Of a DNA stretch of 53,139 bases, positions 37,076 to 49,860 are shown in pieces. Below the pieces are notes generated by a model, which worked only from the letters and a program-made list of their open reading frames with translations, was not told the DNA's origin and made no database searches. The stretch lies in NCBI GenBank assembly GCA_043228905.1, contig JBHGNT010000207.1, positions 1 to 53,139 of the forward strand. The letters are read 5' to 3'. A program made the translations under genes and the position numbers. Numbering within the stretch: the stretch's first letter is position 1; each line of letters starts with the position of its first letter. The stretch is from Azolla caroliniana. Lineage: Eukaryota > Plantae > Polypodiophyta.

Positions 37076-38905
37076 CTGGGAGTGAAGGAGGAGATCGATA
37101 AGTTGCTACGGGTCAGTTTCATTCGGCCGGTGAAGAAGGCCACCTGGTTAAGCCCGATTGTGGTTGTACTTAAGAAAAACGGAAAAATCCAGGTCTGTGT
37201 AGATTACCGGAAATTAAATGCTACCATTGTCACCGATGGATGTCACCGATGGATTTCCGCTTCCATTCATGGATGGAGTCTTGGATGCGGTGGCAGGTCA
37301 CGAGTTGTATAGTTTCCTCGACAGATTCAACGGGTATAACCAAATCAGGATGCACCTGGACGACCAAGAGAAAACAACTTTCGTAACCGAATAGGGAGTC
37401 TTCGTAGCGATCGTGATGATGTTCGGACTAAAGACGGCACCGGCAACGTTCCAACGAATCATCATGGAAATTTTCGGGGAGTTTATCCCTACGTTTATGT
37501 AGGTGTTTTTAGATGACTTTGTGGTGTATAGCAAGAAAGGATAACATCTTGACCATCTCTAGTTATGCTTGGAAAAATGTAGAGGTTACCGACTAAGTTT
37601 GAATCTGGCGAAATGCGTATTCGGGGTAACCAACATCATGCTATTAGGTCATATCGTTAATAAGGATGAGATTGCGATGCACCCGGATAAAGTTAAAGCC
37701 ATTTTGGAAGCACCTGCACCGACGGCGGCCAAAGCTTTAAGTCGGTTTTTAGGAGAAATCCGGTGGCATAGCCGGATGCTCCAATACTTGGCCGACTTTG
37801 CGACACCACTACATGCAGCCGTACACAGGACACCCTTCCATTGGACGGAACTGGAGGATAGGGCATACCATGCGCTCAAACTAATGTTGTCCTAGGCACC
37901 GGTGGTATAACCCCCCGATTGGTCGAAGGAATTTCATGTGTTTGTGGACGCATCTGATATTGCGATTGGTAGTGTTCTTATGCAGCTCACCGAACTGAAG
38001 TGGTGCCGACCAGTTTACTACACCAGTCGGAAGCTCTCCCAGGCGGAACGGAATTATTCAACAATGGAAAGGGAAGCCTTAGGAATGCTGTACAGTGTAA
38101 CGAATTACCGTCATTACTTGCTGGGACGGAAATTCTCATTCCATGTGGATCATTCGGCATTAGTGTACTTGGTCTCCAAATCATCGTTAACCGGCAAACT
38201 AACACGATGGACGCTGCTTCTACAAGAGTTCGAATTTGAAATCTACCGGAGACCAGGAGTACAACATGCAATAACGGATTACTTGAGCCGGTTAGAATCC
38301 GGAGAGGTAGGCGACGGAGTTCGTGACGAACTACCAGACGCACAACTGTTTAGGGTGACAACGGAAAACACAGTGGACGGGATGGTCGCCGAGGAGGACA
38401 AATGGTTGACGAACATGCATCACTTCCTCAGCACCGGACTGCCTCCGAAAGAGTTAAATCGAGACGAGCGGAAACGGTTGGTTGTACAAAGCTGACACTT
38501 TTGTCTATTGCAAGATATGTTGTACCACAAGGGAGCGGATGGTATATGGCGAAGAGTGGTCCGGAGCGACGAAAAGGACACAATTCTATGGGAAGATCAC
38601 TGTGGAGTCGCTAGAGGACACTATGCGGGAGGCGCAACAACAAGGAAGTTATGGCAAAGTAGATTATGGTGGCCTACAACACTGAAGGACTCGATGTGGT
38701 ATGCCAAGGAATGTGACTTATGTCAACGAATGGGCCAACCAACAGAGCAAGCGAGGATGCCACATCAGCCGGTGTTACCACTGGAGCCGTTTCAAAAATG
38801 GGGATTGGACTTCGTTGGACCCTTCAAGCCTCCAACAATGAGGATCAGAAACCGGTATATTATTGTTGCAACGGACTACTACACGAAGTGGGTTAAAGCA
38901 AAGGC
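37076..38905 (+). mobile_element. Decayed Ty3/gypsy (non-chromovirus type) RT-RNase H-integrase, left part
   Basis: WLSPIVVVLKKNGKIQVCVDYRKLN, FLDDF, FVDASDIAIG, NYSTMEREAL, H-H-C-C zinc finger, KWGLDFVGP. Several stops. Confidence 0.88.
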
Positions 38906-41900
38906 ACTTCCTTTGATCTTTTTCATCCACCCTTTTATAGATGCTCCCATGCACATGATGCATGTGAGGGTACAAGACATGCATACAATGCATGGAATGC
39001 ATATGATGCATGTTTGCCATTTGGCGCTCATGCATCTCATGTCACTCAATCAAGCTCTAATATGAGAATTTAGATATAAAACTATAATGATAGGAAAAAC
39101 ATTTCTAAGGAAATGATATAGCCTAGTGGTAAGTTTATTGCCTCCTATCTTGAAGGTGCAAGGTTCAACTCTTGCTTACATCCCTTTTGAAGCACAAAAT
39201 ACTATTAAGCTTTTGGACCAAATATCTTTAAAACACCATGCACCGTGATCAACCGACCCAACCGATCCGTCCGATTTGCAACCGTTCGGTTTGGCCCGGT
39301 TCGGTCTGCATCCCGAGGTCGTCGGATGCCCATTGTTGGATGTCGTCGCCGTCCAAAACCAATGAACTTGGCTACATCCATTCATCAAGTCATTTAACTC
39401 ATCCTTTCTATTCTCCACACATAAACACAAAGATAATAATTTCTAGTCTTCCTTATATATGGTGAGATCCTTATTTTTCCTGTCTATGTGGGATATCTCA
39501 AAATTTATTATTTTTCTCTTTTTCTTTGCAAACTTCATACCCACAGAACTTGACACTCAGTTGTCTGTTTGTTATGTAGCAAAGTGCATTCAAAAGCTCT
39601 TCAAGATCTCCATATTTTTGTACCAAGATATTAAACTTATTTACATTATTATTGTTTCATATTGTGTGTGAAGAACCACACTCGATTTTGTACGTTCCAT
39701 ACAATTTTCACACCCTTGCCGAAAATCTTCACGACATCCACCCCCACCAAACCGCACGTCCTCCGGTACGTGCCAAGAAGAGAGAATGTGAGATTTTGGC
39801 TACGGTGATCAATCAGATTCTTCCATGTCCTCATTCACATCCGTCCTATTATCTTCATCGTCGAGATGATCGGGGTCAGGATCCTCGTCTTGTCTTTTCT
39901 TGAAAATATTTACTCTTCTCCCCGCAATGGGTACGACCAACCTTGATCCGTTTAGCTCTGCAAGGTGGTATGTGGCATTATCGTTGGCACTTGTCACCAC
40001 ATACGGTCTGTACCATCTTCTTTTGAACTTTCTTGTTGTAGTATGTTGATTGTCAAGGCTGTTGTCGTAGACCAATACCCAATCTCCTTCTTCGATCTTC
40101 TTGGGACGCAATCGATGCGTCTTGTCGAATCGAATTTTGTTCTTCACTCGAGTTGCCTCCATCTTTCATGCTTTTTCTAGATCTTGAGGTTTTCTTTCAA
40201 GTTGCCTTATCCATGTCGCTAATAACTCTTCTCGGCTCATCTCGTTCTCCCATGGTATCGCTACCCATGAGGCGATCGTCCTTTCGATGGGCATTACCGA
40301 CTTTTGTCCATACATAAGCTCTGTTGGCATATACCCTGTCACCGAGTTGTGTGTCATTCTGTCAGCCCACAAGGCATAGGGCAATAGTCGTGGCCAATTC
40401 CCAACTCGACCGTTGCATGCTTGTACGATGGCTTTGACGACATGTCCATGCCCTTGCTCGATCTTCCCATTCGCTTCAGGATTGTAGGCAGTCGTGAGGG
40501 AGAGCTTCATGCCTAGTCGATCGAAGAGCTCCGTTGCTTCGCGTGCATCCAACTCCCCTTGATCAACCACTATCTTTCTTACACATTCGTATTGGCAGAC
40601 AACCTCTTTGAGTAGAAATTTGCAAACAACTGACGTCGTCTTATTTGCCAAGGCCCGTCCTTCCACTTGATTTGTCAGGTCTTCTCTTACTAGTACTAAG
40701 TACTTCATTTGTCCCACTCCCATCAGCATCGAGACCAAATCTACCATCCATTTGAAGTGTATGGTGAGCGGGTATGTTGGTCGTAACTCATCACGATGAC
40801 GTATGTTCGAATGTACTTGGCAAGTTTCGCATGTGAACATGAAATGGAGTACATCTTTATACATGCTTGACCACTAGTACTTTTCCTTCAACTTTTTGAA
40901 CGTTGCCCATGTTCCTCTATGACCCACCCAAGGACTCTCGTGGAATTTGGTCATTAGTGTCACTTGCTCTTCTTTCTTCACCATCACTCGACGTGGTATT
41001 CCTGTCCTTCTTTTTGGGTGTCGCCAAAGGAATCCTCCCTGCAAGAAGTATTGGTAAGCTTTCTTCCGGATTCGTAGGGCCTCCTCCTTCATCAATGAAA
41101 CATTCATCGTCATTGTTCTTAGGAATCTGCCGATTAGTAACCACTCCCCTTCGTACTCGTCTTCGTTGAAGGCATGGAGGTTTAGCGTGCCCTTGTCTTC
41201 CACCGATAGTCGAGCCATCTTGAAGAAGTTGAGGGTGACGTCTTCATCTTCTGAAACCATGTCACCTTCATTCTCAAATCTTGCCCTCAACAACATGTTA
41301 GCCATGGCGTTCTTCTTCCCTGCAATATGGCGGATCTTTGGGTTTAAAGACATGATATAGGCGATCCACCTTAGCATAGCTAGATCTAGGGTCGCACATC
41401 CTGAGATCATCCCAAGAATTGGGAGACAATCTGTCTCAATTATTACTTCTAACCCGATCAGGTTGTCTTTGTCCGTCTTCACTACCGACACAATACCCCA
41501 AAGTTCCCGCTTGACTTGGGCATATCTTTGTTGTCGTTCGCTGAGAACCTTTGCTCTGAACCGGATGGCATACCGCGCATTATCTTCTCCTTCTTGGTTG
41601 ATGACCCACCGGATTCCGGTTGGGCTTGTATCTACAATCACATAAATCGGCTTCCCTTCGGTATAGTTGGCCTTTCTTAGTGCTGGAGCTTCAAGAAGTA
41701 GTTTCTTCAATCTTCACATTGCGTTTGTATGCTCGTCTCGCCATTCGAACTTCATTATTTTCTTTAGCAATCCATATAATGGCTCGATGACATGAGCGTA
41801 GTGTGCAATCCAGATATAATAAAACGCGCATGCTCTGAGGAATCTTCGAACCTCCATTTGGTGTATGCATTCTTCTTTCATGTCCTGGATCGCATTCACC

Positions 41901-43015
41901 TTGGATGGCGAAGGCTTCCGACCATATGCTCTACACAAGTGACCTACCACCAAGATCTCTGGTTGCCCAAATGCGGATTTTTCTCCCGAAAATGTCAAAT
42001 TCGCATCTTCGAGCCTTTGGAGCACCTTCTCACAATCTTTCATATGATCTGCGACAAACTTTCTACACCCTTCCTTATCTTTCGATTCATCTTTCTCCTC
42101 ATCCAAACATCCTTTTATCGGAATATCATCCAAGAACGGCATCGTGATGTTTGGGATGCAATCCTTCAAGACCTTGTTCATGGCATTCACCATATGAGCC
42201 ACCGAGTTCGTTGCACCTTGAGGTAAGGTACACATCCGGACGAGCCCGATCGGATTCCTCATGGTTGTAATGTCGCGACTGTGGATCGCCAACTGGAATT
42301 GGTCGTATCAAGAGTAGAGATTGCCAATGGAGTAGATGGACTGCCCCGCAAACGCTTCGGCAAATTCGTCCACACTTAGACCGATTCCAGCATTCCGAAT
42401 TGTCACATTGTTGACGGGTTGAAGATCTTGGATGAATCGCAATGATCCATTCTTCTTCGGCACCGTGAACCACCTATTAGAATAAGGAGCATTCGACAGT
42501 TCCAGAATTCCCATATTCACCTTCTCCTTTAAGAGCTCGATCGGCTTCGGTAGGTGTGCTCCCGGAACCAGTATCGGTTTCAAATTCCAAGGTACGTGCG
42601 GCACCGTGAAGATCACCATCAGCTCTATCATCTTTGGATCAACACATCCGATTTCTTGTGGGAAAAATGCGAAAGCCTTCCCATGTCTCTCAAGCATGTC
42701 GCGAAACATTCGCTCTTCTTCAAGGAGGAGGAAATCCTCCCTTCCAACTCGTAGCTTTCCCTTCGTCTCTTTGGTGAAGACATGACCTATTGCCTTCGGA
42801 TCCCTTAAGCTTGGATCATTCGTGGCTTTCTTCATCTTTTGCCAACTATCTTCCGGTATCGGAACTGCAACTGGCTTGATCTTCTTATCCATTGTTTTAT
42901 ATTTTGTGTTGACTTCAACTTCCTCCATCAAGATGCCACGATGGTATTCATCGATGATACCATACATGTTGATGGAGTTAACTGAAATCACAGGTTGATC
43001 GTGAAGATAGCTCAA
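38905..43015 (-). mobile_element. Ty3/gypsy pol (RT-RNase H-integrase), PPT and truncated 3' LTR (39736 to ~38905)
   Basis: YSNRWFTVPKKNGSLRFIQDLQPVN, TLPQGATNS...MPFLDDIPIKG, IVDTSPTGI, HESPWVGHRG...CETCQ, AYNPEANGKIE. PPT GGTGGGGGTGGA then TGTCGTGAAG. Scattered stops. Confidence 0.88.
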
Positions 43016-45829
43016 GTAAGATGTCGAGGAAATCCTCGCGTGTTCGGGAAATGAAGTGGGACCACTGGGGTCTTGGACCGGAAGGATTCGATGTTTTTAG
43101 CAGCGTAAGCGAGAAAGTATTGAAGATAGATAGATGGATGAAGAGAGAGAGAGAGAGATTGAGATAGAGGGTGAACCCTTGACTTTAGTTTTACGAGATA
43201 AGATACATCACCATTACGATAACTCTGATCTTTGATTAAAAGTTTCTTTTTTTTTTATTACTTACATCACTTCCCTCTCTTACACAAGCCCAACTATAGG
43301 CTTTTATAGGTCTCTCCATGCAAAAACCATGGGCTAAAATCAGGGCTAAAACCATGGGCTAAAATCATGGTTTTGTGCCACGGTTTCTATATGTTTGCTT
43401 CCTACAAAATACTGAATATGAAAAGAAAATATACAAATTCTAAAGCACTCAGTAGTGGTAAGTTAATTTCTTTCTTATCTTGGAGGTGCAAGGTTCAAGC
43501 CTTGCTTCCACCCTTATGTATGCACTTAAATGTTACTAGACTTTAGTCTTAATCTTTATATTTACAATTGAGCGCACATCACACGTGCACATGTTTTAAC
43601 TTTACATCTAGCTTTTCTTTTACGATTCTTATTTCAGTCCTATTTACAACATGCTAGCATATGCGTTGGTCTTCTCCCCTTTCACACGTGCACATTGCAC
43701 CTTCTCGATTTCGTTCGTTGCACACAATTTTCACACCGTTGCCAAAAATCTTCACGACATCCACCCCCACCAAACCGCATGTCCTCCGGTACGTGCCAAG
43801 AAGAGAGAGTGAGAGATTTTGGCTACAGTGATTAGTTCGATTCCTCCATTTTGAGCATGAACCATTGTCGCCACCCAATCCACCATATCATTCGCTTTTT
43901 CTTTGATTTACTATGACTAGTTGTCATGGCCCCTTGTTCTCCTTTCAAACATAACTCTTTAGGCTTTATGCATGTTCCACCTTTGTCTCGACCATCTCCT
44001 TGGTCAAGGCACTTTGACCCATCATGCAGTTTTGTTTTCGGTCTTCCTCCACAAGTCGTTATTTGAATAATGGCATTGAATACCCCATGTAGTATCTTCA
44101 AGTGTATGGCCACGTCGAGATCCTTACACAACCATTTTTCATGCTTCCCACTTCATCCATCTTTGTGGTTTCTTCTTATGTTAGAGTTCTCCATCGATTC
44201 CTCGATCTTAATGATAGGGTCTGCCTTCAAGTTGAATGTTACATCAATATCTTGAGGAATACCCTTTAAATCTTCTTGGCCCACTTGGCCCTCTTTTTTT
44301 GTTGTTGTGCTTTGCTTGGCCTCTTTCCCCCACACATCAACTTCAACCCTTGCTTCCTCGTTGTCATTGTCCTTCTCTTGGGTCTTACATTGGTTAATGC
44401 CCAAGTCTCCAGAATGAGTGTGGAGAGATCCATATGTATTTGTCGGCCACGCCTTGAACCTTTGCTTCCCCGCCATCACCTTCTGTCTCTTGGGTCTCAT
44501 GTTGGCTTTGAACCACAACTTCCCAAGTCTCTAGAACATGTGTGAAGGAATCCATTTGTCTTTGGTCAATCGCCTTCGACACCTTTGTCTTGATGTCATC
44601 TTTCACATTAGATTGGAACTCCCCTTTGTTGCCATCTTCCGTCTCTTGGGTCTTTTGTTGGTTCTCGGACGCAACTGCCCAAGTCTCTAGAACCAGTGAG
44701 GGGAAAGTCTTGTCACTGCCATCATTCACCATCAACTCATCCATATCTATCTTCGCCTCAATGTTGTGCACACCTTCTTGGTCCTTCCCCTTACTACCAC
44801 CTTCCATCTCTTGGGTCTCACGTTCGCTTTCTGCAACTGCCCAAGTCTTTGGAACTTGTGTGAAGGAATCCTCGACGTGGCCATCTACCATTAATTCTTC
44901 CATAGCCACCTCTGACTCGATGTCATTTTTCGTGGTTATCTCTTCAATCTCATGGGCCTTGTACCCATTGAGCCTCTTGATCGAGCAAGCTTCGATTATG
45001 CTTCTCTCTTCGTCGCATGTATTCTTTGTGACCTTCGTCTCCTCGTCGACACCTTCTGTTTCTTGGGTCTCACGTTGGTTCTTTGACGCAATTGCCCAAG
45101 TCTCTAGAGCATGTGTGGAGAAAATCCGGCCATGGTCGTTGTCGACGCTTGTTGTCTTGTTCATAGTCACCTCCTCGATGTCGTCTTTAGCGGCTAGATC
45201 CTCAATTACACTAGCCTTGCACTGTTTATCTCCATTGATGCAAGCTTCGATTAGGCTTGCTCCTTCATCATCTGATGTTTCGAACACGACGTGCGTTCCG
45301 AAACATTCATCCTCCCTTGAAGTTGTTGGGGACAAGGCCGTGTCGATGCGGAAGATCAAGTAGCATTCAGTTGTTGTTGTGTACCTGCGTATGACAGTTT
45401 GCAATGTCGTGCACAGAGATTGAGAGAGAGAGAGAGAGAGAGAGAGAGGCACAAAACTACTCTTTCTATTCAATAGAAAGAAATAATACAACCAACCTTA
45501 CAAAAAGGTTACTAGGTCACTTTATATAGTGACCGACTTAGGGCAACTACCCTTTATGCTAATTACACAAATGGCCCAAACTTGAGCTATACAAAGGGAT
45601 AGTGTGAATACGTCCATTATACACTTGTATTCGACACTCCCCCGTAATGGGCGTATACATGGGTTGTCTAAGATTACAGGTATAAGCCTAGGTTCTCGGG
45701 CATATCAGTTTTGTTCGAGTCAGCAGGGTCCGAAGGCAGAAGACCGGACTGGTCGGGTCGGAAGAGTTGAAGCCGATCATTAAGGAACTGATGTCGGTTG
45801 TCCGAAACCATCCTGCGCTGTGTCCGGCT

Positions 45830-48800
45830 CTAACCGGACTGGTTTGTCGTTACGCCCATCTGATGCCGAAGGGACTGAAAGCGGTCTGCCGAAAGACACT
45901 TGGTCATTCCATCTGCGACATTGTCGGTTGTGGATATTTTCTCTAAACCGATTTTCCCTGAAATGACGCAGTCTCGAACGAAGTGATATCGAATGTCGAT
46001 ATGTTTGGAGGCGTTGTGGTGAACCGGATTTTTCGACAAGGCAACAGCACCTTGACTGTCGCTGTAGACAACTGGGGCCGAGTCATGGTCGACTTGTCGA
46101 AACGTGTGCGCCAGCCGGCCGAGCCACAGAGCTTCTTTTGCAGCGTCGGACGCAGCTACATATTCTGCTTCGGTCGTTGAGGTCGCTGTGCACTCCTGAA
46201 GTTTCGACTTCCACGAAATTGCTCCATTGCCGAATTTGAAGCAGTATCCAGTTGTTGATTTCCGACTGTCTATACAGCCGGCGAAGTCCGAGTCGGTGTA
46301 GCCGACTACGCCTGAGGTTGAGTTCGGACCGAAAAGAATGCCGTGGTCTTTTGTGCCAGCCAGATATTTGAACACATGCTTGACTGCGTTCCAATGCGAT
46401 CGGCCAGGATTGTGCATAAATCTGCTAACGACTCCTACGGCATGAGAAATATCAGGCCGTGTCGCGACCATCAGGTACATAAGGGAGCCGACTGCCGGTG
46501 CATACGGTACCGACTTCATATCTTCCCCCTCCGGACCGGATGTCGGGCAGTCTCGCTGAGAGAGCCGAAGATTCATGGGGAGCGGGGTTGAAGCAGATTT
46601 GGCTGATTGCATGTTGAAGCGTTCCAAGACACGTCCTATATAGTCGGTCTGGGACAAAAAAAGATGTCGTTTATCGCGATGCCGACTAATCTTCATGCCA
46701 AGTATGTGTCGTGCCGGACCGAGGTCCTTCATGGCAAACTTCAACCGCAGTTGTCGAATGAGATCGGCAAGTTCGCCCGCGTGGCGTCCAGAGATTAGCA
46801 TGTCGTCCACGTAAATGATGAGGAAGATGGGTGATCCATCTTGAGCTGTGTTGGTAAAAAGACAATGGTCCTCATCGCTTTTTGAGAAGCCGATCGATTG
46901 GATGAAGTCGTCGAACTTCTTGTACCATTGTCGCGGTGCCTGTTTGAGGCCGTATAGACTCTTCCTGAGTCGGCAGACTAGATGTTCTTGGCCAGTTGCC
47001 ACGAAGCCTTTTGGCTGCTCCATATAAATTTCCTCTTCAAGATCACCATGGAGGAAGGTTGTTTTAACATCTAGCTGAATCAGCTCCAAGTTGTCGGCTG
47101 CCACTACGCCGAGTAGAAAACGAAGGGTTGTCATTTTCACCACTGGTGAAAAAATCTCGTCGAAGTCGACGCCATATTCTTGTCGGAAGCCCTTCGCAAC
47201 TAATCTGGCCTTGTACTTTGGGGTGGTCGAATCAGACGTCTCTTTTAGTCGATAAACCCACTTGCAAGGAAGAGCACGTCGATTCTTAGGTAATTCGACC
47301 AGATCCCAAGTCTTGTTTGCCCGAATGGAGTGCATTTCCGACTCCATCGCCAGATGCCAGGTGGCGGAATCGACAGATGTCGATGCTTCTTCGTAAGACG
47401 TCGGTTCGCCGGCGTCGGTGAAGAAAATTCCAGGAGAATACCTCTCCGGAGGTTGCGACAGTCTCTCGGATCGTCGAGGTATTATTGGACTGGTCGCATC
47501 GGGTATCGAGGTCGGATGGTCCGAAAGCGAATTATTCTGTTGTGCCGAGTCAGAGTTGTCCGAGTCGGTAGTGTAAGGTTCAGCTACCCGTGAAGCTGAC
47601 CGTGTGTTAAGAGCGGGGCCTTCTTGAAGGGTCGGCACATCGGAAAATGTTACCCTTCGGACTTCGATCGGTGTTTGGACTGATGGAGTCATAGCCGACT
47701 CGTTGAACACAACGTCCGAACTTCGAACGATTTGTCTGCGTTCGGGGTCCCAGAGTCGGTATCCCATTTCGCCGTCTGATCCATATCCAAGGAAAATGCA
47801 TTTCCTGGACCGAGGTGCAAGTTTTCGGCGATCATCTTTCGGAATAAGGGCGTACGCCTCGCATCCGAAGATCCTCAGCTTGTCGTAATTCGGCTTACTG
47901 CCGATCCATAGTTCCTGAGGAATTTGAAGTCCTAGAGGTCTGCTTGGCGACATATTGATTATGTGTACTGCCGTGAGTAGAGCCTCTGCCCAGAAGCCAT
48001 CCGACAGTCCGGAGTGTTGGAGCATGGAAACTATCCGTTCTTGGATTGTCCGATTCATGCGTTCGGCAATCCCGTTTTGCTCCGGACTGTGTGGTGCCGT
48101 AAATTCATGTCGGATGCCGCGTTGTCGGCAAAATTTGACGAATTCTTCTGATTTGAACTCTCCCCCATTGTCGGTCCGAAAGCATTTCAGTTTTCGGTCA
48201 GTTTGATTTTCTACCATAGCGAGCCAATCGGAGAAGATCGAGAAGACACGATCTTTGGTGCGAATTGGATAAGCCCACACCTTTCGAGTCGAATCGTCAA
48301 TAAAACTGACGAAGTAAGAGGCACCGCCAAGAGACTGATGCGGCATTGGGCCACAGACGTCCGAGTGGACTAAATCGAGAGGTCTCGTTTCTCTTGGTGC
48401 TGATGTCGGGTGTGATGCGGCTGCTTGTTTGCCATACTGGCAATGTTCGCAGAATTGATGGTCCGAGAAGGAGAGTTTAGGGATGTATCCGGCTCTAGAT
48501 AGGTGCGTGATGCCGGCCTTGCTGAGGTGTCCTAATCTTCTGTGCCATAGTGATGACACAGGAATATCCACCAAAAACAGGTTACCCTCCCTGAGCGTAA
48601 CATGTAACGGATACAGTGAGTGTATCTTGGGTCCTCTAGCAAGCAGGAGGTTCCCCCTGTGGAGTGTCCACCCTCCCGAAGAAAAACCGGCACGGATGCC
48701 GTCTTCATCTAGTTGTCCGACTGAGATCAATGGCCTTGAGAGCTCGGGTACATGTCGGACATTGTGAAGTACAAGTGTAGAGCCACCTGCAAGGTTAAGC

Positions 48801-49021
48801 TCTACTGTGCCGATTCCAATGATGTCACAGTGTTGCGAGTTGCCGACTCGAACTGAGTCGGAGTGACGGATCGTATATTGCCGAAATTGGGATCGATGAG
48901 GAGTCACGTGAAATGACGCGCCCGAATCTAAGAGCCATGTGCTCGATTCTTCAGTCGTGAGTAGAACTTCTGATCCGACTGGATTTTCGATTGATAGTAT
49001 ATTCGGGTCGTTTGGTAGCAC
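45830..49021 (-). CDS. Copia Pol (protease, integrase, RT, RNase H)
   Basis: WLLDSGASFH, LWHRRLGH..CEHC, VHSDVCGP, RTDNGGEF, IYVDDML, YTDSDFAG, TEAEY. Uninterrupted 1063 aa. Confidence 0.95.
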   Translation of the reverse strand: MLPNDPNILSIENPVGSEVLLTTEESSTWLLDSGASFHVTPHRSQFRQYTIRHSDSVRVGNSQHCDIIGIGTVELNLAGGSTLVLHNVRHVPELSRPLISVGQLDEDGIRAGFSSGGWTLHRGNLLLARGPKIHSLYPLHVTLREGNLFLVDIPVSSLWHRRLGHLSKAGITHLSRAGYIPKLSFSDHQFCEHCQYGKQAAASHPTSAPRETRPLDLVHSDVCGPMPHQSLGGASYFVSFIDDSTRKVWAYPIRTKDRVFSIFSDWLAMVENQTDRKLKCFRTDNGGEFKSEEFVKFCRQRGIRHEFTAPHSPEQNGIAERMNRTIQERIVSMLQHSGLSDGFWAEALLTAVHIINMSPSRPLGLQIPQELWIGSKPNYDKLRIFGCEAYALIPKDDRRKLAPRSRKCIFLGYGSDGEMGYRLWDPERRQIVRSSDVVFNESAMTPSVQTPIEVRRVTFSDVPTLQEGPALNTRSASRVAEPYTTDSDNSDSAQQNNSLSDHPTSIPDATSPIIPRRSERLSQPPERYSPGIFFTDAGEPTSYEEASTSVDSATWHLAMESEMHSIRANKTWDLVELPKNRRALPCKWVYRLKETSDSTTPKYKARLVAKGFRQEYGVDFDEIFSPVVKMTTLRFLLGVVAADNLELIQLDVKTTFLHGDLEEEIYMEQPKGFVATGQEHLVCRLRKSLYGLKQAPRQWYKKFDDFIQSIGFSKSDEDHCLFTNTAQDGSPIFLIIYVDDMLISGRHAGELADLIRQLRLKFAMKDLGPARHILGMKISRHRDKRHLFLSQTDYIGRVLERFNMQSAKSASTPLPMNLRLSQRDCPTSGPEGEDMKSVPYAPAVGSLMYLMVATRPDISHAVGVVSRFMHNPGRSHWNAVKHVFKYLAGTKDHGILFGPNSTSGVVGYTDSDFAGCIDSRKSTTGYCFKFGNGAISWKSKLQECTATSTTEAEYVAASDAAKEALWLGRLAHTFRQVDHDSAPVVYSDSQGAVALSKNPVHHNASKHIDIRYHFVRDCVISGKIGLEKISTTDNVADGMTKCLSADRFQSLRHQMGVTTNQSG

Positions 49022-49860
49022 ATCAGCTGAGAAGCTGACGTAATTGATCTCCTCATGCCGGCCACTCTTCTTGTCTGATTTCTGAGACTATCGTTCTTGT
49101 TCTTGAGTGCGCGGCAGTCGGCTTTGATGTGTCCGGGTTTCTTGCAATAGTTGCAGATTCGATTATCCCGTGACTGGCTCCGTCTTCGCTGATTGTTCGG
49201 CTGCCGTGAGGAATCTCTTCCTCGTATGTTCGATCGGTCTGTCGAACCTTGTACTACATAAGCGTCGTCTGTTGAGTCTTTGGCGAAAGACTTTCTCCGA
49301 GCTGCTTCGGTCAGGATTGCGCTCGTGACTTCGGAGTATTTAACAGCCGTGGTTGACGCGTTGCACACGGTTGTGACGAAAGTTTCCCATGATGAGGGAA
49401 GGCTGCTCATGAGTATCATTGCTCTGAGTTCATCCTCGATTGCCGTCCCCTGAGATGAGATTTGGGAGCTTATGCTTTCGTACTTATTGAGATGTGCTTG
49501 AACCGAATCGGATTCTTTCATCCGCAAGTTGTAGAGGCGCCAGATCAGAAACATCTTCGTTGCAGCGACCTTCTTTTCGTAGGTGTCCGACAGTGTTTTC
49601 CACAGTTCGAATGCTGTCGTACACGATTGCACCGTAAAGTATACCGATTCCGATAGGTGCATCCGAATCGTGGCACGGACGATTCTGTCCAGCTTCTGCC
49701 ACTCAATTGGTTTGTATCCTTCTGGAGGTTCTTCATTTTCGATGGGATCGATTTGCCCCTTGACTATGAGATAGTCCTGCATTTGCTCCTTCCAGAAGTT
49801 GAAGTTCGATCCATCGAACTTTCGTAGACTCATTTCTGACGAGCCGGATGTTGATGCCAT
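48928..49860 (-). CDS. Copia Gag (CCHC zinc knuckle), frameshifted relative to Pol
   Basis: FDGSNFNFWKEQMQDYL, CNYCKKPGHIKADC. Apparent 1 nt loss near 49088. Confidence 0.92.
   Translation of the reverse strand: MASTSGSSEMSLRKFDGSNFNFWKEQMQDYLIVKGQIDPIENEEPPEGYKPIEWQKLDRIVRATIRMHLSESVYFTVQSCTTAFELWKTLSDTYEKKVAATKMFLIWRLYNLRMKESDSVQAHLNKYESISSQISSQGTAIEDELRAMILMSSLPSSWETFVTTVCNASTTAVKYSEVTSAILTEAARRKSFAKDSTDDAYVVQGSTDRSNIRGRDSSRQPNNQRRRSQSRDNRICNYCKKPGHIKADCRALKNKNDSLRNQTRRVAGMRRSITSASQLMCYQTTRIYYQSKIQSDQKFYSRLKNRAHGS

Noticed and set aside
44394-45491. 365 aa ORF as a host gene
   Set aside because: Chimera: it starts inside the copia 3' LTR and reads into the interrupted gypsy-related internal frame.
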